From Octopus vulgaris (taxonomy: Eukaryota), in the NCBI GenBank assembly GCA_951406725.2, contig OX597840.1, positions 22,444,001-22,508,000 of the forward strand: 64,000 nucleotides of DNA. The letters run 5' to 3'. The notes beneath the pieces were generated by a model. The model did not search any database. It was given only the letters and a program-made list of their open reading frames with translations, and was not told where the DNA came from. The first letter of the stretch is position 1; the number at the start of each line of letters is the position of its first letter. Made by a program: the position numbers and the translations under genes. Below are positions 56,131 through 64,000 of the stretch, in pieces.

Positions 56131-56867
56131 AGGACAATTCTTTTTGTAAAACTTTTGCATTTGATGCTGAACATCTAGTTTAAAGTTAATTTTATACATT
56201 GAATTTTCATTTCCAGTGAAATCAATTTTAATATTTCAAATTCAAAAATATTTAACAAAATATAATGAGAAACTGAAGCAAGTACTACTTCTATATTTGT
56301 AAAAACAAAAAGAAACAAATAGAGGAAAATGAGCAAAATTGTGCAAAAGTGAACTAAGAAACAGAATACTGTGTAAGGCAAGAGACGACTGTATTTTATG
56401 AAAGTACCATATTGCATAAACACAAAAAAAAGAAACTATTGCAGAGGGAATTAAACTGAAACAGATATCAACATGACACACACAACCCATGCTAGTATGG
56501 ATAAAATGATTAGATATTTCTGTCGAGAGAAAATTCAGTGACAATCTTATGCAACCAACAATAACCTCAAACTTATCAGATTATTGTAGATGAGCAACAA
56601 CTCAAGAAAACCTGTCAAAATTCTATGTTCTTACAATGAATTAATTGCAAGTATTTAAGTATGTAGACAACATAATTTCATGTTTTATATGCATCAATAC
56701 ATGTGTAAAAATAAGTCTCATACCTACGTTCATTTTTCCATCCTAGCATGAGTTTGAAAAATATAAGATTTAATAGTTGGGTAACGTTGTCGTAGCTAAT
56801 GCTAATTTTCTACTAAAGGTTTTCTTTTTTCTTTCAAAGTGCAGTTCTAACAAATGATACATTTGTA

Positions 56868-58075
56868 CACAAACATGACAAAAGTAAATAGATACCCATT
56901 AACACATTGTTTTATGGTTATTATAACTTGAAGAGGTTTATATTTTTTTATTAATTGACATTTATATGTTTCAGGTTCTATATGTAACTGTTTAATCATG
57001 CCATGTACAAAAGAAGCCTTAAAAATGTCCAATTTACAAAGAGGCCATATGCTGCACCTATTTCAAGGCTGACTTAGCCTAAAACCACAGAAAACATTGT
57101 GATTCTACTTTCTACAGTAAATAGAGTAATTTTTCAATTCACTAAACGAGAAAGTAGTCCATATCACCTTACCCAGGTAGACTAAGGCCCTCTGACAACA
57201 CTTTGCTTTCTTAAGAGAAGTGTGTAAGATAATCCTCATTGCAAGGCCTCCAATATAGCAGAATAAGTTGATGTCAGTCCCAGAATAGCTGTCAGTTATC
57301 TCCGCAAAATTGGCTATTATGGCAGAGCAGCAAGAAAGAAGACACTGCTTCGACCAGCCAATATCAAATGGAGAAAAGATTGGACAAGTGAAATGGTAGA
57401 GAGGTAACTAGCACTTTGGGACACTGTCAAATTCTCTGATGAATCCAGATTTGCTGTATTTTCTGACACTGGTCGAATGTGGGTCTGGAGAATCAGTCAC
57501 CAATATTTTCACGTGAATATATTGCAGCCAACAATGAAACATGTGATGGTCTAGAGAGCAGTTTGGAGCAATAGTCAATCAGAAATGGTGGAATGTGAGG
57601 GATACATAAACTCAGATAAATATGTGTCCATATTATAGAAAAATCTTCTTCCTATAACCTCCAGGGGTAATATGATTAAATAACACTATTTATGGAAGAT
57701 AGGGCTTTCTTGCACAACTAAAAGACCCAGGATTGGTTGGAAGAGAATGGCATTAAAAAGCTTCCATAGCTAAGCCAATCACCAGATATGAACCCTACTG
57801 AACACCTCTGAGGCATGATGGATGGGATACTTCCTAAAAAGAAAAAGAAAGCATCCTTAAAGCCAGATCTTTTGATATTACTGCAAGAAACTTGGCAAGA
57901 AAATCATGAAGAGAATATTCATCAGATCAGTAGCATGCCTGCTAGGGTCCTTGCATTCAAAAATGCAAGGAGCCTGTCTACTAAATATTAGATATTCACA
58001 TTATAATAATTAATAAATAATTTAAATAAATTTTAACAATTATAAGGATGTCTATTTAATTCTGTCATGTCTATG
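56868..58075 (+). mobile_element. Full-length but inactivated Tc1-family DNA transposon
   Basis: About 30-bp imperfect TIRs (CACAAACATGACAAAAGTAAATAGATACCC / GGATGTCTATTTAATTCTGTCATGTCTATG) flanked by TA; GYYGRAARKK, FSDESRF and SQSPDMNP.EH motifs with stops. Confidence 0.9.
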
Positions 58076-58369
58076 TAGTTTTTGAAGCAAAACACAATGG
58101 AAACATTAATATTAAGACCTTTTCAAAAATCTCTCTCAAGCTTTTCATGCACACTGAGATTTTATTGACATTCATTCAAATTCACTCATTCCAACATGAA
58201 ACAATTTTTTCCATCAAAAACTTTGTGATGTTTTCACTGTCTCTAATTTGATCTAGATCCTCTAAGTGTCTCTAATGCATTCATGCCTTAATTTCAATTT
58301 GTTCCCAAGATTTTTCCTCAGGGCCAACTCACCAAACAGAAATTAATGAGAGACCTAATTGCCTTTCAT

Positions 58370-58880
58370 CTTGATCACATAAATACTCCCACATATTTGG
58401 TGCTCAAATACAGCATGCTCCACACTAGGAGATTGACAGTTACCCAGTATATGCAAAAATAGAACACATTTGCAGTACTAAACAAGCCATTACTATTGCA
58501 TTTTCTGGCTTCATGTTTCCCAATTATATCCCAATTTTTTTTATCTCTGAAATCACCAAGTATGAAGATTTTATAAGCAGAAAGAATACTGCACAGAAGC
58601 TTTTTCATGAAAGATAAAATATTAGTCTTTTTTTCTCTTCAGAGGAACACATGGTTGGAGGGTAGACACTTACTAAAATAACAAATCTCTTGTTTGACAA
58701 TGGCAATCTCACTGACATCAAGGTAATCAGTAAATCCAAAGAGTTCATAATCTTAGATGCCAATATTTCACAAACATTCAATGATCTGTACTCTCTTGCA
58801 GTAGCAAGATGACACATAGGCCCAGGCTGCAATACTGTGGGACACCTTCCAAGCCAGACCTTTCACTATCCATTCCACAT
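58370..58880 (-). mobile_element. RTE/BovB-like LINE apurinic-endonuclease fragment
   Basis: LMSVRLPL...VSVYPPT...EEK..FY, ILGDF, IIGKH..RKCNSNG. Confidence 0.7.
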
Positions 58881-59297
58881 CCCTTCTTGATATTACTCTA
58901 AATTATTTTGATTTTTCAATGAGTATTTTTGCACTTTTTATCAACATGCATCACATAACATGCATCACATAATTGATATGGTGTATTATGCATCACATAA
59001 TTGATATGGTGTATACACACACACAAATGCAATAAGGATCATATAGTTCCCATCAACCACTTTTACTAAAAATGCATTTGTTGGTCCCTACCTATAGTCG
59101 AATACTCTTGCCCAAAATGCCACACAGTAGAACTAGACCCTAAACCATGGTATTGGGAAACAAACATATTTTACATTTGCAAACATATATGTCTTATGGA
59201 AATTGTTCAATATACACAGAGAAACAGTTGTTCAATTTACAAACAGCTATGGTTAACTAACAGAAAACTTAATTTAACAAAAAAATTATGTACTTAC

Positions 59298-59689
59298 ATG
59301 CAGGTGAAGCTTCACATGGGGCTACTTGCTTGGTAAAATCTACATGTATAAAGAAAAGTCTACATGTATAAACTGTTGTGGTGAGAGTCATTGGTAACCC
59401 TATGGGATTGGAAGAATGGACTAGCAAAACTCTTATAACAAAAACTAGCATATTGGTTGAGACAAAGAGAGTCATAAGAGTCATTGGGAGTTCATGGAAG
59501 TTGTTGACGTTGTTCAGAGTTTGTATTTATTGGAGTATTGTGTTTAGTAGAGTAATCTGAAGTGGCTTGTGTGAAGACAGTTGTGTCTATCCCCGCTTCG
59601 TGAAATTTGCATATCCAACATATAGAAGGATATAAGATAAACAAAAGTCTGCATGTAAACCCATAAGTGTAATCATTCATTTTTTAACC
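59298..59689 (-). other. Candidate internal exon of an unidentified minus-strand transcript (lncRNA or pseudogene)
   Basis: Acceptor TTTTCTTTTTACTTTCAG and donor GTAAGT; upstream candidate first-exon donor AAG|GTAAGT at 60830; only a 62-aa ORF with no recognised homology. Confidence 0.35.
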
Positions 59690-60829
59690 CTGAAAGTAAA
59701 AAGAAAAACATCCTAATAGTAGCGAAAGGAAAATTTTGGCTTTAGTATCAGTTCACTACTCTTTATTTGAAGTGACAAGTAGCAATTCTTTCTGTAAACC
59801 ATTTATATTACAGGCAAACATTATGCAAATGGAAACTTTTACATGTCTCAGGAAAGATATAAATGCAGGCAATGTGAGACCAACTTTCATTAAAACTACA
59901 CAAGAAATTCATAAAAATTCATTCACAGATTTTATTCTATTAAACTTAAGATGGTGGAGAGGCACAATTGTTAGTGTTGGCAAAATACCTTCCAATATTT
60001 CTACCAGCTCTTTATGTTCTAGTTTCAAATCCTGTTGAGGCTAACTTTGTTTCTCTTCCTTTCATGGTTGATAAAAAAAGTGCAAGTCAAGTAATAAGAT
60101 CAATTTAATCAATTAACCACTTCCTCTAAAATTTGAGGCATTCCCCTGTTTTACAAACATAACGAATTAATCAAATGACTTGGGAAAAATAAATCTGCAA
60201 GTTAGGAAACAGGATAGCTTTCCTGTCATTCAAATATTCGTGAAATTTACAATATATCATAATTTCAGCAATTCACATAGTCATATTGTAAGAGAGTTCA
60301 TCATCATTTCACTAAAGATGCATACACTAATATAGAAACTGATATTAATTAAGAAATCTTAACCATAAACAATGCTAGTCTGTTTACGTCTCCGTAACTT
60401 AGAGGTTCACCGAAAAAAAACTGTTAGAATAAGTACTAGGCCTACAAAGAATAAGTCCTGGGGTCGATATGCTCGACTGAAGGTGGTGCTTCAGCATGGC
60501 CACAGTTAAATGAGAGTAAAAGAGTAAATAGCGACAAAAGTCTGTAACCTGTTCACTGGGGAGATAGCAGAAAATATCTCCTAAACCTCATAAAATACGT
60601 TTCATGTTGTAATTTCTGTTGTAATTTTTGTTTTAGATAGGATATATGCGTGTGTGGGTATATACACGTATATCTGTATGTGTGTATATATATGTGTGTG
60701 TGTAAAGAGAGGGAAGAAGGGAATATCCTTTCAGTTTCCATCTATAAACGTTTTTATATACTTAAGAAATATCACTCGGGCTAATTTTCTCCATGTCAAA
60801 GTAAATAAATCGAAAAGTAATTAACTTAC

Positions 60830-61320
60830 CTTCGTATATTGATTGAAGAAATTAACCTTCTTTTCCATTAATTAAATTTTAAAACCGAAAAACTTTTCCG
60901 TTGAATTTTTCCCTCGTCTTTCATTTAAACATGGCGCTTCGATTAATTATTGATTGCAATTTACTACGTCACATTACTTTCGCATTCGTATCAAACGAAA
61001 TAACTGAATTAAGATTTATTAATACGAAATAAAATCAGCAAAAATATTTAAGAGGGTTTTCATTCAACTTTATTGAATCTATATTTATATTCGCTGTGTA
61101 ATCCGCTAATCATTGCTGTCTTAATTGTAGACGCGCTGTTTCGTATTAGACATATATCAACGTAATTAACACTATGCCGCATTTTCGTACTCAATACAAA
61201 ATAAGATGTATATTTTTATCTATTATTTACTACTGTCGCATTTTCAAACATTGAAAAAAACCATGTGGTCTAAACAATTTCACAGTATTTATACTTGAAT
61301 AAAGGCGGGAAAGGCTTCAT
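60830..61320. promoter_or_regulatory. Candidate (possibly bidirectional) promoter / first exon
   Basis: Unique, locally CpG-richer DNA; YY1-like AAACATGGCG at 60927-60936, CRE-like TACGTCAC at 60965, E2F-like GGCGGGAAA at 61304. Confidence 0.35.
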
Positions 61321-62094
61321 CTCACGTTATTTCAAAGCTACGAGAATTCAATAACGTGATTTGTTTATTTTTTTAGCGATTTCGTAGAGCAGCCGGATTT
61401 GGCTGGTTTGAACAAAGGAAGGGGAATTTTGGCCAGTTTGAATACTAAAGGGTTAAAGCCATGCATTAAGATTTTGAAGGTTGGAAACTCATCTATTTTC
61501 ATGCCATGAGCTTTAATTGTGGACGATCTGTTTGCACAATTCTTAATATTGTGCAGAAACCCATCATATGTGTGTGTGTGTATACACACACACACACATT
61601 TAAGAGTGTATGCTGGTGTTCTATTTTTTCATATTAAAAGCAGAAACTAACCTTCATTAGGTCAAACAAACTGAAGGTTTTGCCCTAACACAGCTGCAGT
61701 CCAATGCCTAAAACCAATAGAAAACAATGGAAGAACATATGCATACATCTAACCTTGTGATACATTATCACAAGCAGCAGTTGTCTTATTCTAATGATTG
61801 TATTGTATTAATAAATAGATAGGCTGTCAAGTCTTGAGGGATCACATAAGTAGGAATTTAGTTAGGGATTTATGGTATTTATCAGCTAAAACTACTGATA
61901 AAATAAGTAGTAACCTATCCTGTGGATAGGAAACAATCCCCTCAAAACAACACTTCCCCTATCTCAGAAGATTTGGCAGCTAAGTAAATTGAGATATTTA
62001 TATTTCACAGTGGAGGTGAGGACAGTATTAGGTGTTGTATATAGACAGACACATAGTTTCTAACTGTGCACAGACTATATTCTTTATTATGTCA

Positions 62095-62260
62095 TTACTG
62101 CACCTAATCACCTGCATATACCACTTCAGTATCATCCATCCACTTCACTGCTACATTGCAGCTGCACTTAGTCACCTGCATATATCACTGCAGTATTATC
62201 CACCTACCTCCCTGATTCATCATTGCTGCACTTAGTCACCTGCATGTACCACTGAAGTAA
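62095..62260. repeat. Degenerate tandem repeat, about 65-bp unit (GCACTTAGTCACCTGCATATACCACT...)
   Basis: Three copies of the CACCTGCAT core at about 62110, 62174 and 62237. Confidence 0.7.
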
Positions 62261-62392
62261 CATACCCACAACTATGCTATGCTATTACAGCACTCACTCA
62301 CCTTTTGTATCAAACATGTTTTCTTTCTTCCAAAAGCTGCAAATGTGTTGCTGCATTATCAGTGTTGATAAGATCAGATAGATAAATATCCA

Positions 62393-62910
62393 TCCATCAT
62401 TCGCAGGCCGACAACCTGCCCGTCACCCGCAGGCCGGCAACCCGTCCATCACCCGCAGGCTGTCACCTGCAGGCCGGCAACCCACCCGTCACTCACAGAC
62501 CAATAACCTGCCCATCACTCACAGACCAATGTCCATCGCTTGCAGACTGATATCCTGTCCATCACGTACAGACCAATACCTCATCCTTCACTCACAGACC
62601 AATATCCATCCCTCACCCGCAGACCAATATCCTATCCATCACACATAGGCCAATACACCATCCATCACATGCAGACCAATATCTCATCCATCACTCACAA
62701 ACTGACCTCTATCCATCACCCACAAATTCATCACATCCATCATACACAAATCGATATCCATCACACACAGACCAATAGCCATCATATGAAGGCCAACACA
62801 GACCAATGTTCATCCCCCATAAATCTACAATATTCATCACCTGCAGGTCCACCATATCCATCCTATGGAGACCAATATCTATCACACACCGATCAATATC
62901 CATGACACAC
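62393..62910. repeat. Degenerate minisatellite, about 26-bp unit (CAGACCAATATCCTGTCCATCACTCA)
   Basis: Repeated CCATCAC and CAGACCAAT cores. Confidence 0.8.
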
Positions 62911-64000
62911 AAAGATCTATATTCACCTCCAATATTTCCAACACTGTAAAATCATGCTAAGCCTCAGAGCATCATTATTAGTAATACAGCACTACTATGA
63001 AGGAGCCACAGAATGTCACAGGAAATTCATCACTCACAAAGCTGTAATAACTGGAGTAATGCTATATGTTGTTCTCCATCCTATTCTTAATATGAGTATG
63101 TGCAGTAAATGAGTGGTATTAATAAAATGTGCTTGCCATTTCTATCTTGAGAACAGTTTTGGTGTTCTACATTGATAACATTAGTGAACTGTAAAAAATT
63201 TGAACTTACTGGATTACCTACTCTATTTTCTATTACCACATGTCATCATTTTACTTGGCTGAGCAAATTACTGAAGTAGACATATTGAAGATGTATTGAA
63301 GCAACACACATATGAATAGAAGCTGTATAGTTTGATCACTTTGTGAGGAAGCCACCCTCCTACTTTATTTTTTCAGAATAACCAGCTGGCAGCATTAAAC
63401 AACCTGCTGATTTTTATAACAATTACAAACAGAGGACACTCAATGATTATAAGTGGTTTCCACTGTTTATACATACAAACACATACACAAATATACAAGG
63501 GCTGACCTGGGACTAAAAAAAACAGTAAGGAATAATATATTAGATAATGTAGTCCTAAATACCACAATGTATCAATATAGAATAACAGACTTAACTGGAG
63601 TACACTTCATCATAAATATGCTAACCTGGAGCATATAACAAAACTATAAAGCAGAAGGAACACATTAGATAATGTAGCCACAAAAACATCAGACAAGATA
63701 GTCACAGTTGGAACATTTTTAGAGCTGACCTGGAGCTGAACAACAATTACCAACCATCTAATACCCAATATAAATTTCAGTCTTAATACCAAACCAACCA
63801 CCTAATACCTATTATAACCTTCAGTCTTAATACCAAATTACATCAGTCAAGCATTTCCTTATCACCATAGGGCCCTGTAAGACAGTGTACATATTCATTC
63901 ATAGAGAAACATTGAAATAAAACAAAAAATAAATACAAACACAAATAATGAAATAAAGACAATCCTGCAAATAAATTTTTTAAAAATTCTATTAACTTTA

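Noticed and set aside
59363-59494. Selenocysteine read-through of the TGA in the minus-strand ORF
   Set aside because: No SECIS element or selenoprotein motif recognised; the frame stops at TAG before the donor
61380-61457. piggyBac-like end CTAAAGGGTTAA
   Set aside because: No matching left terminus found, so an element cannot be delimited

Overview
AT-rich animal genomic DNA, most likely cephalopod (octopus-like). The organism is inferred from the repeat families and not verified. The only recognisable host gene is the 3' end of mitochondrial-type citrate synthase (three + strand exons, 3482-7193). About 5.8 kb downstream lies a 22.7 kb satellite (13035-35777) built from two interchangeable monomers, TTAAATGACG (10 bp) and TTAAATGACATGACG (15 bp). 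The array contains multi-kb internal duplications and appears purer toward its right end. Its monomer matches the 3' tail of an RTE-LINE/SINE family in the same window, and it has a sharp microhomology junction to an inverted duplicated segment. The rest is a transposon mosaic: RTE LINE relics, a young CR1/L2-group LINE inserted in a (TA)n array, Penelope-like fragments with degenerate hammerhead-like motifs, a two-LTR Gypsy relic, Tc1 and mariner relics, a hAT MITE, tRNA-derived SINEs and tandem/inverted segmental duplications (about 36-54 kb). A possible minus-strand spliced transcript with a promoter lies near 59.3-61.3 kb. Most long ORFs in the track are microsatellite artefacts. All coordinates and alignments were done by eye.
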